From: Octopus vulgaris
Taxonomy: Eukaryota
DNA length: 64,000 nucleotides
Direction of reading: 5' to 3'
Assembly (NCBI GenBank): GCA_951406725.2
Contig: OX597820.1
Location: forward strand, 33,108,001-33,172,000
Below, in pieces: positions 41,966-56,293 of the stretch. The notes below the pieces were generated by a model that did no database searches, had not been told where the DNA came from, and was given only the letters and a program-made list of their open reading frames with translations. The number at the start of each line of letters is the position of its first letter. Position 1 is the first letter of the stretch. Made by a program: the position numbers and the translations under genes.

Positions 41966-42103
41966 TAACGGCCCTTAATGTTTGTTTACTCTGTACGTCC
42001 ACCCTGTCGTTGATTGTTCGTTTGAAGCTCTAACTCTCAAGAAATTTTATATTTTTTAAATTTCTGGATGCAGCTGTTTAATGAAGTTTTCCTATATTGT
42101 CGT

Positions 42104-42428
42104 GTGAGGGCGCGTGGCTTAGTGGTTAGGGCATTCGGCTCATGATCGTAAGGTTGTGAGTTCGATTCCCGGCGACGCGTTGTGTCCTTGAGCAAGACAC
42201 TTTATTTCACGTTGCTCCAGTCCACTCAGCTGGCAAAAATGAGTTGTACTTGTATTTCAAAGGGTCAGCCTTGTCACTCTCTGTGTCACGCTGATTATCC
42301 CCGAGAACTACGTTAAGGGTACACGTGTCTGTGGAATGCTCAGCCATTTGCACGTTAATTTCACGAGCAAGCTGTTCCGTTGAGCGTATCAGCTGGGACC
42401 CTCGTCGTCGTAACCGGCGGAGTCTTTA
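42104..42428 (+). mobile_element. CORE-head SINE carrying the family D tail, 10-bp TSD
   Basis: ATATTGTCGT at 42094-42103 and 42429-42438; A/B boxes, CORE block, tail identical in type to 2850-3030. Confidence 0.85.
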
Positions 42429-42647
42429 ATATTGTCGTTGAAAGCTCGAAATAGGGAGTAATTTAACAGTCGACAACTGAGAAGGGGTTACACTTCTTGT
42501 GGTATTTTGTCCCGTACTTGTCTCTCAATACGTGTTCACGTATTTTTCATTCCTTGGTGATGTCCTGTATGTACTTGATGTACTTGATGTATATCTATTT
42601 ATTTATAATCGAACGCCACGCAGCCTTGTCCATGGTAAGTTTTTACT

Positions 42648-42758
<111 letters not shown>

Positions 42759-42784
42759 ATACATACATACATAGATACATAATT

Positions 42785-43055
42785 TCTTTTACTTGTTTCA
42801 GTCATTTGACTGCGGCTATGCTGGAGCACCGCCTTTAGTCGAGCAAATCGACCCCAGGACTTACACACACATTTATATGTATACATATATACGACGGGCT
42901 TCTTTCAGTTTCCATCTACCAAATCCGCTCACAAGGCTTTGGTCGACTCGAGGCTATAATAGAAGACACTTGCCCAAGGTGCCACGCAGTGGGACTGAAA
43001 TCAGAACCATGTGGTTGGTAAGCAAGCTACTTACCACACAGCCACTCTGGCGCCT
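42785..43055 (-). mobile_element. Family C SINE (internally deleted)
   Basis: Head and tail of family C on the minus strand. Confidence 0.8.
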
Positions 43056-43623
43056 ATGCTCATATATATACATATACACACACACATGCACACATATATA
43101 CATACACACACATACTCATATATGATGTACATATGAATGTTTGTGTACGCGTGTGCCTGTGTATATACGCGTGCGTGTTTCTGTGCATGCAAAAATGTGA
43201 AGGAAATGGCGTATGATGAGTTAAAGAGAGAGAAAAAAAAGAGAGAAACAAAGAGGGATAGTATGAGGGACAGAGTAATAGTGAGGGGAGAAGGAGTGGA
43301 AAATGAGTATGGTGGTGGAGGGGGGGAGAAACTGAAGAGAAACAGAGTTAACAGGTTGTGTGGGTGAAGTGCTCTAATCAGACCCACGGCATTTCTGTCA
43401 CGTTATCTAACTTGACAAACACTCAGTATAAGTCAACATATCGAGCCTTTTGATCGTGGATTAGTGGTGGTGATGATGATAATGATGATGTTGATGATTA
43501 TTACGATGAGGATGATGATGATAATGATGACGAGGTTCGGGATGATGATAATGACGATGATGATGATAAGAAAACAACAGCATTGAAAACAAAGTGTTTG
43601 TGATATACATGTCTAGTGTAGAA

Positions 43624-43791
<168 letters not shown>

Positions 43792-43913
43792 TGTATAGGC
43801 GCTGGTATCAGCTTATAAGTTGAACTTATAACCAAATTCGTTCAATACTGAGTGCTTTATTCATATCTGCCAGAAAATTCTAAACACTTTTTGTCTTGAA
43901 TTCACTCAAAAAG

Positions 43914-43964
<51 letters not shown>

Positions 43965-43983
43965 TGTGTGTGTGTGTGTGTAT

Positions 43984-44022
<39 letters not shown>

Positions 44023-44289
44023 TAAGTCACACACACACATACACACTCACACAAACTACGTTTTTATATATTATTACAAAATGGCGCCCTCAACAGCTCA
44101 CTTGATTTGTCATGCGTTTGGGTAGAATTGAAAACCATTCGCTATTGCACATGTGTTGAAAAAATGTTAAGTCCACGCAAAAAAATATTTTAAGTACGAA
44201 GGTATGTTCATATGTATGTATGTATATATATTATGTATGCATGCATATACTTATGTACACACACATGTGTGTGTTGTGCCTGTGTGTGT

Positions 44290-44404
<115 letters not shown>

Positions 44405-44479
44405 TTTACTTGGTACGGAGCTTGTAATAAAATTCTTTTCTGTTGCTAAGGCAGCTTCGATTATTCAATAAATCTTTTG

Positions 44480-44544
<65 letters not shown>

Positions 44545-44644
44545 ATATACGTGCATATACACACACATGCATAGACACACATATACTCTCATACGCTCAC
44601 AAACACACACATAGGTATATATTATATTATGTATGTATATTTAC

Positions 44645-44676
<32 letters not shown>

Positions 44677-44931
44677 TTTGTGCACGTATGTGTATGTGTG
44701 TGTGTGTATAAAATTGAGGATATTATTACAAAACTAGATTAATGGGGTGACATAGTACGAAAATTTTATTAATTTTTAATAAATGTCATGTTGACTGAGA
44801 CTTCAATTTACGCCTCCATGTTTTCATGCACGTATACATGCGAGTGTATGTATGCATGTCATTCGTTACGTATATATGTATCTATGAAGATACACACACA
44901 CACACACACACACACATACACACACACACAC

Positions 44932-44981
<50 letters not shown>

Positions 44982-44984
44982 CGA

Positions 44985-45182
44985 TTTTTAAATCAAAGCT
45001 GGACATCTTCCTGTCAAGAGTCCCAGATGAACCTACCTCACGGCAAGAGGTGCAAATGAGAGTAGCTGTATCAAACTCCATTCTTCACCAAGTGCCACAT
45101 ATTAGACGAGATTCGTCGCAATAACAGTGTAGCACAAAACGGCGGTGCGTCAGCATGGCCGCAGCTCTGAGCTGAAACTAGA
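44985..45182 (+). pseudogene. CR1-like LINE 3' end with 3' UTR
   Basis: FKSKLDIFLSRVPDEP...SNSILHQ then GGCGGTGCGTCAGCATGGCCGCAGCTCTGAGCTGAAACTAG + A-run. Confidence 0.6.
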
Positions 45183-45185
45183 AAA

Positions 45186-45225
<40 letters not shown>

Positions 45226-45409
45226 ATGTCTCGACTTCAACCCCAAAAAAATTTATAAAAGTTACCGACGAGAAACCTAGTCGTGCTTCATAATTAATCG
45301 TGCTTCGCTGTTTTCGTCGGGTAACGTGTGTCGTTTCGCTTTCCTGCAGGCCCCGATTATTAGAAAGCGAAACGACCCATGTTACACGACGAAAGCATTG
45401 AAGTTTGTG

Positions 45410-45955
45410 GGTGAGAGTCTGATGCTTTGGGAATACATAAAAAGCTGATGGTTCAAGAAAGTTGGTTAAAATTTACGGTAACTTGAATAGTGCCAAATAC
45501 ATCCGGTTGTTGAAGGACAATTTGATACCGGACTTGGATGAAGATGAGATTTTTCAGCCTGATGGAGCTCCATGCCACAGATCACGTGCAACACAACAGA
45601 GCCCGGCTGATGAAGGTGTTACCGTATTGAAAGATTGGCCAGCTCAGAGCCCTGACTTAAGTATCATGGAGCAAATGTGGACAGAACTAAAGACAAGAGT
45701 TCATCAGAAGAATCCACGCAGTCACAGAGAATGGCATCTCAAACTTGTGTAGATGGAGAAGGATTTGTACGCACGTCTTCCCAGGTGCATTGAAACAATT
45801 ATTCAAGCTAAGGGAAGCTACACGAAATATTAACAATGTACAGTAATTTCTTGAAATGAACATTATGTAATAAATTTTCATTATAGACATTTTTCTGTTT
45901 TAAAACTGTGTATCTTGGTTTATGTGAGATGGCCGAAAACTTTTTCACGACCACA
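45410..45955 (+). pseudogene. Tc1 (DD34E) transposase 3' remnant with TIR-like end
   Basis: GNLNSAKY...IFQPDGAPCH...WPAQSPDLSIMEQMW; ends CCGAAAACTTTTTCACGACCAC. Confidence 0.85.
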
Positions 45956-47644
45956 TTTGGTGGTCGTCTCGCATATTTCCCTTTCATTAAGAACTCCGAC
46001 TATAAAATATAATGATTAATTATGGAAATGACTCCATCAAGGTCAATGTTTCAACTGTTAAAAACGCAATGTGAAACATCCACTTATAAGTTAGCAATTA
46101 GCAGAAATTTACGATAAAGTGCTTTTTAATTAATTTTTTTAAATTCTTTTCTTGTTTCCAATTTATATTTATTTTTCTCTTGTTTTTTTTTTTTTTTTAT
46201 ATGTTTTTGTTAACTTTATTCTTCAGGGTATGAATTCATTAAAAAACAGTTAAACCAGCATGGCTTCAATTTTGAAAATATGATGATAATAATAATAATA
46301 ATAATAACAATAAGTATGTTCACTGTTTTACTTAACTATACAAGAACCATTGGCTAATGAAACTCCCCACTTCCCTCTCAACTAATCTTCACCATTTGTT
46401 GGAATTGCCTATTAGAAACAGCTGTCATTTTTATAGGAAAACTGGATGATATCTGAAAAAAAAAACAAGAAACAAAGAAATTTATCATTTTCACACACAC
46501 ACACACACACACGTTCGCAAGTTGGATATGGGTCTGTCTGCGTGAGTTAATGTATTTGTCTAAATATTGGGTTGTCCGGAAAGTTCGTGCCGATTTATAG
46601 TAGCTTACCTTTCGTCTTACCCTCACAAGCACCTCAGTTCTGGGAAGAGGGTATTTTCAAGTTAAAGTACTCTGTGTGTGTGTGTATATATATATATGTG
46701 TGTATACATACATACATATATATATATGTTGTCGAACGGATTCCAGAACTTATTGTTTTTCTAAAGCCTGTTACTTATTCTATCGATCTCTTTCTGTGTA
46801 TCACTTGTATCACTCAGACTGTCGCTTGACCACTGGTATTGGTTGGTTTACACCATCGTAACATAGCAGTTCGGCAAAAGATACCAACAAAAGATATCAA
46901 CTAAAAAAATTAGTACTAAGGTCGATTTGTTCGACTAAACTCTTCAAGGCAGTGCCCTAGTATGGCCGCAGTCCAATCACTGAAAAGAGCAAAAGATATG
47001 TGTTTATATGAATGTATGTATTTATAGGCGCAGGTGTGACTATGTGATAAGAAACTTACTTCCCAACCAAATGGTTCCGAGTTCAGTCACACAGTGTGGC
47101 ATCTTGGGAAAATGTCTTCTACTATAAATATATATACATACACACACACGACGAGCTTCTTTCGGTTTTCGTCTACCAAATCGACGTACAAGGTTTTGGT
47201 CGGCCCGAGAGTATAACAGAAGACACTTGCCCAAGGTGCCACACAATGGGACTGAACCAGGAACCATGTGTTTGGGAAGGAAGCAGTGGTGGTGGTGGTG
47301 GTGGTGGTGGTGATGGACACAAATTCAAAGATACACACACAAGTGTGTGTGTATGTATTCTCACGCATCACTGCTTGACAACCGGTGTTGGTGTGTTTAT
47401 ATCCCCGTAACCAAGTGGTTTAGCAAAAGCAATCAATAGAATTACTACGAAGCTTAAGAAAGAAGAAAAAGTAGTACTGGGGTCGATTCGTTCGACTAAA
47501 ATTCTTCTGGGTGGTGCCCCAGCATGGCCGCAGTCTAATGACCGAAACAAGTAAAAGGTAAACGGATTCGTGCTGATGTGTGTGGACGTGTCGTTCGCAA
47601 GTTGGATATGGGTCTGTCTGCGTGAGTTAATGTATTTGTCTAAA

Positions 47645-47873
47645 TATTGGGTTGTCCGGAAAGTTCGTGCCGATTTATAGTAGCTTACCTTTCGTCTTAC
47701 CCTCACAAGCACCTCAGTTCTGGGAAGAGGGTATTTTCAAGTTAAAGTAAAGATGGAGAGGCATTGTGCAACAAAATGATTCATATTTGGTTGATTAAAA
47801 ATGTAATGGCAAGTATTTGTTGACCTTTTTTTATCCTTTAATAATCGGCACGAATTTTCCGGACAACCCAATA
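47645..47873. mobile_element. mariner-derived MITE with ~27-bp TIRs and TA TSD
   Basis: TA-TTGGGTTGTCCGGAAAGTTCGTGCCGATT ... AATCGGCACGAATTTTCCGGACAACCCAA-TA. Confidence 0.9.
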
Positions 47874-49069
47874 CTTATGCTTTGATGTGTGACTCAGTAT
47901 TTCTTATCAGTATTTAAGACTGGGGTCCGTGCGCGCACCTCTTTGTCTCTGTGTATGTTACAGTATATGTGGTCATGTGTCTGAATAAATGTGTCTACAC
48001 GACCGTTTGTCTGGTATCTGTGTCTGGTATCTGTGTATGTGTGTGCCCGCGCCGTGCGAGTGTGTGTGTGTGTGTGTGTATGTATGTGTGTTCGACTTGA
48101 CCCTCCATCTTTGGGGATCAATGAAATAAGTAGCAGATGAACACTGGGGTCGATTTAATAGACATGCTCCACCCCACCCCACCCAACCCTGAAATTTCTG
48201 GCCTTGTGCGAGGGACTAAGTTCAGCGACGTATGAACATTTGCAAACAACTGTTGGCAAATCCTTGAGATGCCTGCTTTTGACGTCAAATTTATTATTTC
48301 TCTAATGTCTGTTTATATATTGTTTGTTCTGTCATTTAATGTTGTAGTGTCTCCTTTTGACCGATGTAAACCTTACCGTTTACATTACAGCGTGGAGTTT
48401 TCGGTGTTTCGCTCATAAACACGCACATCGCTAGGTCTGAGATTCGAACCCGCGATCCTTCGACCGCGAGTCCGCTGTTCTAACCACTAGGCCATGTGCC
48501 TCTACGGGTACAAATATACGAAGCCCAATATATCCATCTTGACTACCCGTCTGATAAGGGTACACTACGCTCATAGATCACAACCATATGTGCGCGACAT
48601 GGTGATCTCATGTCAAAATAAACAACGCATGACCTTGCAGGTGGGGCCCTGTCAGAATTTTTTTCAGGTCGGGTAGCCCATCCCATGCAAAAGGTCCCTG
48701 AATAAGGGTTGTTTGAGGACGTTGAACAAAACACTAATGTTTCCCGAGATGAATTAGTGAAGCCCCAAAGAATTCCTCTCAACACATGGCTATGATGCTT
48801 CCCCGCTACTTCTGCTCATGATTAGAGATACATATATCATCAATCACAAGGGGACATGCTCATCCATTTAAGATCAAACAACTGAGAAACAAATCTGTAG
48901 CATTGAGCAGAATATTTGCTGTAGCAGATCTTTTATACCAAGACAAAACACGTACATGATAACGCTTGATAACAATGATAACACTTATTAACATGATAAC
49001 AATAAGTTAAGATCAGAAGCCATGAGAGCCACTGCCAGGTACTGCATCAGGGCATTTATTATTATTATT

Positions 49070-49133
<64 letters not shown>

Positions 49134-49294
49134 TGGTTGTTGTTGTTGTTGTTGTTGTTGATGATGTTGTTGTTGTTGTTGTTGTTGTTGTGCTGCTGCT
49201 GCTGCTGTTGTTGTTGTTGCTGTTGTTGTTGTTGTTGTTGTTGTTGTTATTATTATTATCATCATTATCGTTATCGTCATCGTCATCGTCATCG

Positions 49295-49334
<40 letters not shown>

Positions 49335-49349
49335 TGTTACTATTATTAT

Positions 49350-49524
49350 TTAGTGTCTTTGCACATCTTCTAACGCTGGAGATGCACTGTGGTGCCAGCT
49401 GTTCACTACCAGAGAACTAAGGTAACACCCCTTATTTTTCGAGTACCATTCGGAGCATTCGAGCGGTTCTAAGTAGTGCTTTTTTCTGCAAGTGTTCCAC
49501 GTTTATTGCAGCTCCTATATGTTC

Positions 49525-49527
<3 letters not shown>
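49350..49527 (-). mobile_element. Dong-like LINE 3' end, second subfamily
   Basis: EHLQKKALLRTARMLRMVLEK*; flanked by (TAA)n. Confidence 0.6.
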
Positions 49528-49597
<70 letters not shown>

Positions 49598-49599
49598 GT

Positions 49600-49829
49600 T
49601 ACTTTTTTTTTCTTCTTTTTTTTCCTTCCATTTCTTGCCGAGTGTCTTCCCGACTCCTAGGGCAAAGAAACTCATAGTATACATTGGTAGGCCATTAAAC
49701 CAAACTCAATAGTTCGTTCATTTTTTTTTTTTTTTAAGTTATATTAAAATACATGAGCAGCAACAGTTCTCACATCGACAATGCTCTTCTCAATACGTGT
49801 GATGTACCAGTTAAGACAATCTTTTGCAC

Positions 49830-49830
<1 letters not shown>
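49600..49830 (-). mobile_element. Dong-like LINE 3' end, third subfamily
   Basis: VQKIVLTGTSHVLRRALSM*; flanked by (TAA)n. Confidence 0.6.
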
Positions 49831-49878
<48 letters not shown>

Positions 49879-49885
49879 TATTAAG

Positions 49886-49926
<41 letters not shown>

Positions 49927-49930
<4 letters not shown>

Positions 49931-50440
49931 TAGTTTTATTTTTATAGCGTGCTTTCACTTCACTACCGAGCGCAGCTCTGTGTGCCTTGGGTATGTGCTG
50001 TTGTGATGCTCTGATGGTTATTGTATGGAAAGTGTTCTGCGTAGGATGTGTACAGTGCCTAGTAGTGCAATTTTCTGTATGTTATATGTGTTTGTAAGTC
50101 CTGGTGTTTTTGTTATGTATTTGTCTGAATATTTTTTTATCATGCCTAATGCACCTACTATGATAGGAATTGTTTCTGTTTTTAGATTCCACATTCTGGT
50201 TACCTCTATTTCCAGGTCTTTGTATTTTGAGAGTTTCTCCATTTCTTTTAGAGACACGTTGTCATCTGCCGGTATTGATACATCAATTAGAAAGCATTTT
50301 TTTTCTTCATGATCTCTGACAACTATATCTGGTCTGTTGGCCTTAATTTCTCTATCTATGTGTATCGGCATATCCCAGAGTATGGTTGCTTTCTCGTTTT
50401 CTGTGACCTTTTCTGGTGTGTGCCTATACCATCTTTTTTC

Positions 50441-50445
<5 letters not shown>
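49927..50445 (-). mobile_element. R4/Dong-like LINE 3' fragment (REL endonuclease) in (TAA)n
   Basis: ORF 50018-50371: ANRPDIVV...LIDVSIP...KLSKYKDL...QKIALLGT; near-identical to 26321-26850. Confidence 0.9.
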
Positions 50446-50493
<48 letters not shown>

Positions 50494-50777
50494 GAAAAAA
50501 ATAACAACATGAACAATACTGAACAATAATAGTAAAGGACCGAACCAGTTCGTGTGCCTATTATTACCGACCGGTATAGTGTCCCTCCCAAGGTTCAATT
50601 GTAATTTCTTTCAACACACGAATTCACATTAAGAATCTTGCAAACCACATATGACAAGAAATAAAAAGAGAAAAGAAAAAAGAAATAACAACACGAACAT
50701 ACTGAACAATAACAAAAAAGAACCAAACAAATGCCTGTTTTTATTATTACCGGCATAATGCCCCTCCCAAGGTTCAA

Positions 50778-50852
<75 letters not shown>

Positions 50853-50864
50853 TATTACTATTAC

Positions 50865-51275
<411 letters not shown>

Positions 51276-51315
51276 ATAGATAAAAAAAATATTATTATTA
51301 TTATTGTTGTTGTTG

Positions 51316-51371
<56 letters not shown>

Positions 51372-51507
51372 GGAGCAACAACATCCGCAACAGCAAAATC
51401 AACAACAACAACAACAGAAACAAATGAAAGTAAAATGTGTGCTTGGTCACGAAAGCGGCACAGGGTTACTGCGAGGAACAGTAAGATGATACTGTTGAAG
51501 ACGGTGA

Positions 51508-51607
<100 letters not shown>

Positions 51608-51947
51608 GTATGGTTATGTGAGAGAGCGAGAGAACTCAGTGGAATACGACATTGTGACGGTAGTTGCGGTGGTGGTGGTGGTGGTGGTGGTGGTGGTGGA
51701 ATTAGAGGTCGGAGGTCACGTTAGAGGCAGTGCAAACGGGCGAAACGTGTACATGAGAGGTAACTCCCACACACACTCACCATGTATACGGCTCACCTGC
51801 TTGAGCTCTGACTTCGACTTTAAGTGTCGTCATCGTTATCATTGCCGCCGCCGCCGCCGTCGTCGTCGTCTTCCCGTCATCATCAAAAACTATTACTGTT
51901 CATATTACTATTGTTCTTTTAATGTACACGTATGTTTATATATATTG

Positions 51948-51991
<44 letters not shown>

Positions 51992-52030
51992 TTATTTATC
52001 TCTCTCTCTCTGTCTATCTATCTATCTATC

Positions 52031-52171
<141 letters not shown>

Positions 52172-52177
52172 ATATGT

Positions 52178-52340
52178 ATAAATAAAGATGAGAATGTATC
52201 TGTGTCTGTGTGTGTGTGTGCCTGTCTGTCTGTGTGAATCCCTAAAACTCGAGAACTACACAACCGATTTCATTCAAATTTTACACATGCCTCATTTAGG
52301 GTCCAAGTAGTGTCATGGGCCAAAAAATTGTTCAACTTTA
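52178..52340 (+). mobile_element. Helitron-like non-autonomous 5' fragment
   Basis: ATAAAGATGAGAATG..(TGTC)n..CTCGAGAACTACACAACCGATTTCATTCAAATTTTACAC; part recurs at 7565-7612. A similar 5' architecture occurs at 58628-58780. Confidence 0.45.
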
Positions 52341-52495
52341 CATCGACCTTGATAAAAAAAAATGATACGCGAGCGCGCACAAACATGCACACACAAATAA
52401 ACAGAAGGAAACATGTTTAATGCCATACACAAACCCAGACAGATAGAGAAGGAAGAGAGAGAAAGGGGAGAAAGATGAGAGAGAGAGAGAGAGAG

Positions 52496-52546
<51 letters not shown>

Positions 52547-53705
52547 AACAGAGAGAGGTAGGGAAAAAATTGAGTTTAGAGAAATGTTTTAGCGAAATCA
52601 ACAACCAGCAATCTAAGACACTCAAAGACATCTACACAGGAAATATCTACTTTGATTAAGACTTTGGTCACTACTCTTGGAATTGACCGTTTCCGCCGGC
52701 GTTCTTGTTATTATTGTTGTTGTTGCTGTTGTAGTTGTTGTTCTTCTTCCTCGTCTTCTTCTTTCTCTATTCCTCCTTCTTGTCTTTCTTGTTGTTGTAT
52801 TGTTGTTGTTGTTGTTGTTGTTGTTCTTCTTCTTCTTCTTCTTCTTCTTCTTCTTCTTCTTCTTCTTCTTCTTCTTCTTCTTCTTCTTCTTCATCCTCGT
52901 CTTCTTCTTCTTTTTCTATTCCTCCTTCTTGTCTTTTTTGTTATTGTTGCTTCTGCTTTTCGCTTGTCTGTTATAGAATGTTTACCGTTATGTTAATAGC
53001 ACTACCGCAAATACCCCCACCATCACAACCACCACCACCACCACCACCACCACAACTATCACAGAGTCCATAATCCTACTACCACCACCACCACCACGAC
53101 TACCACCACCACTATCATCACCACCATCATCACCACCACGACCACATCCGTCATCATCATCAACATCATCGTAATCGTCATCAGTCATAACAACCATAAT
53201 CACTGTCGGCGTCGTCACCATCGTCATCATCACCAAGCATCATCATCATCATCATCAGCATCATCATCATCATCATCATCATCATTGTCCTACGTCATTG
53301 TCGTCATCATCATCCTCATAGTCCACGTCATCATCGTCATTATCCTCGTCGTCATCATCATCATCGTCATCATCAACATTGTCATCATTACCTTCATCAA
53401 TGTCCTCGTCGTCCCCATCATCTCGCCACCGCCACCACCACCACAATCTCTTCACCACTCCCGGCTTTCAAAATGTTTTGATGTTTGTGTGTTTTCATTG
53501 ACCGTCGTCCATCAGTGACTTGCTTATGTTTTTTTTTCATATTTTTATATTTTATTTTCTTGTGATATCTATCGTACCTACATAACTTCACCTCGTCTTT
53601 CTCAATCTAAATGACCCTTGCTGGGAAACAGTGACACAACACACACACAGATGCAGAAAAATATACATATATAAATATAATTGAATACACACACACACAG
53701 ACACA

Positions 53706-53756
<51 letters not shown>

Positions 53757-53860
53757 ATATACGCACATATCAGCAGGTAAGTGTTCGGACATTTTAACTT
53801 AAGTACGTACGTAAATGCGTAAACGAATACTTATAAAATTAGATAAGTACCTAAGAATAC

Positions 53861-54359
53861 AAGTTGTTCGAGTGGAGTTTGAACTAAACTCGAACTTAAC
53901 TCCGCTTATTTGGTTCAAACGTAAAATCTGTGCTTTTGTATGGCTTTGAAACATGGAGTGCCACCTGCAGCAACTACAAGAAGATCCAAACCTTCATTAA
54001 CAAATGTCTCCGGTAGATCCTCCATCTGAAGTGGTTCGACAGAGTGCCAAACACCGACCTGTGGGAAAGGGCCAACCAGGAGCTCATACATGTTCAGATT
54101 AGACGAAAGAAATGGAGATGGATCGGGGACACACTGCGGAAAGAACCCTCAAATGTGACATGATAAACACTTGACTGGAACCCGCAGGGGAAAAGGAAGC
54201 GAGGTCGCCCGAAGCAGACATGGAAGCGGAGCATTTTGGAAGATCTCAGGACCGCTGGCCTGACATGGGAAGCAGCCAAGAAACACGCCAATGTCCGCAA
54301 AAAGTGGAAAAGAACTGGTGAGGCCCTATGCTCCACAGGGGGCAAAAAGGATTAAGAAG
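53861..54359 (+). mobile_element. 5'-truncated RTE LINE with 12-bp TSD
   Basis: SNVKSVLLYGFETW...KWRWIGDTLRK...GKRKRGRPKQTW; ACCTAAGAATAC at 53849-53860 and 54360-54371. Confidence 0.9.
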
Positions 54360-54654
54360 ACCTAAGAATACTCACTATATGTGTGTATAGGTCTATGTGA
54401 ATATACATATATTAATAGTTATTGTCAAGCTAATATGGCAGTCCAGGAAAATAGGACGAATGCTGCCGTTGATTAGCTCCAAGAGGCCATCACCTCTAGC
54501 TAGCTATGTGATACACAAATCTGTGTCCATTACAACCTTCGAACAGGGAAGGTCAGCAGCTTCCTCTTGCTTGTTCAACATCCACATACTACTTTCGGGG
54601 TGATTTCCCCTTCTCAATGCAGAGTAGCCGAACCCAGCAGGCGTCGCTATATAT

Positions 54655-55335
54655 ATCAGGTCATCCCATAAGTTCTGTCCGAATTTTGAATAAAGAAAAC
54701 AAGTGATCAAATGTTATATTTAATTGAAATTTAATCATCGTTGTACTTTCCTTGATTATCTATGACTTCCTTCCATCTATTTAGAAGCTTTTTAATCCCA
54801 TCAATGTAAAACTCTTTTGGTTTCAAAGCGAGGAACTCTGAAATGTCAGTTTCGACCTCATCCTGGCTTGCGAAAGTTATGTCCCCTAAATGATTCTGTA
54901 AACTACGAAACAAATGGCAGTCTGAAGGAGCAATGTTGGGAGAATAAGGTGGATGAAGAATTCTTTTCCCAACTAAGCTCTTCGTTCTTCTGTGATGTGA
55001 TCTTTGCAGTGTGGGGTCACGCATTGTCCTGATGAAACTAAAGCGATTCACTAAAGCGGGTCTTTTTTTCTTCAAAGCTAGGTTCAAACGCTCTAATTGC
55101 TGACAGTAGACTTGAGCATTGATTGTTGTATTAGGTGGTAACAATTCAAAGCGAATTACTCCTTTGCAATCCCACCAGATAGAGAGAACCTTTTTCCAAT
55201 GAAATTCCCCTGTCGGTTGTGGTTGAGCTTTCTCCCTTTTACCAAGCCACTTTTTACTAGGTTTAACATTTCGATAGAAGATCCATTTCTCGTCAACAGT
55301 CACAAGTCTATCCAAAAAGGGTGAAATGAGTTCCC
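54655..55335 (-). mobile_element. mariner (DD34D) transposon 3' half with TIR
   Basis: VTVDEKWIFY, HPPYSPNIAPSDCHLF, GIKKLLNRW...GKY; TIR ATCAGGTCATCCCATAAGTTCTGTCCG. Confidence 0.9.
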
Positions 55336-55636
55336 CTTCTCAATTATTAATTTAATATATAAATTGTTCATTTCCATGCTGACTACTAGATAATAATCAT
55401 TAACGTGATTTCAATACTTATTTTATGTATATATCAGTCGCCATGATAGATCGGTAGCCACTACACAATTTTTTTTTCTCTCCTTGTTTCTCTCTTTGTT
55501 TCTTTCTGTGTTCCTTTCTGTGGAAGAGCGTAGGCTTGAAACTTTAAAGACTTTTTCAGTTCCCGAGCGTTATGCTAATACATCTGTTTGTTTTCTACAT
55601 CACCTATCTTCGTCTTTTGTTTTTTTCGTGAATTCT

Positions 55637-55719
<83 letters not shown>

Positions 55720-55832
55720 TATATATGTAAATGGCGGTGCCCCAGCATGGCCACAGCTCGTGAGCTGAAACTAGATAAAATAAAATTAAAAAAATATATG
55801 TATTTATGTATGTATGTATGTATGTATGTATG

Positions 55833-55918
<86 letters not shown>

Positions 55919-56009
55919 ATAAGAGTAGATCGTATACGAGTGGGTATATATTTGTAAAAAAGAAGTTTGGGAACGCCACTATATTAGATAAATTTTTATT
56001 TTCTTATGA

Positions 56010-56054
56010 ATTTTACATGTTTCGGTTCTTGAAAAAACGAACCTTATCAAAAAT
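56010..56054 (-). ncRNA. Minimal hammerhead ribozyme motif, U3-A8 core variant
   Basis: AUUU-UUGAUAA-GGUUC(10 nt)GAACC-GAA-ACAUGU-A-AAAU. Confidence 0.65.
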
Positions 56055-56293
56055 ATTACAAAAAGTGTAATGGAGAAGAAAAGTGTAATGGAGAAGTTCA
56101 TAATCGTTTCTTACTGGTCTCAATAGAATCCATGTTCTTGAAAAAACGAACCTTATCAAAAATATTATAAAAAGTGTAATGTAGAAGTTCATAATCGTTT
56201 CTTACTGTTCTCAATAGAATCCATGTACCACATGGATTCTATTGAGAAGAGTAAGAAACGATTATGAACTTTTCAATTTTTATTTTTTATAAT

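Noticed and set aside
49030-49055. Similarity to the U2 snRNA 3' motif TGCAGTACCT (minus strand)
   Set aside because: Only ~10 nt match; no other U2 features.
51770-51830. Two consensus donor-like sites on the minus strand
   Set aside because: No plausible upstream acceptor or coding frame; adjacent sequence is simple repeat.
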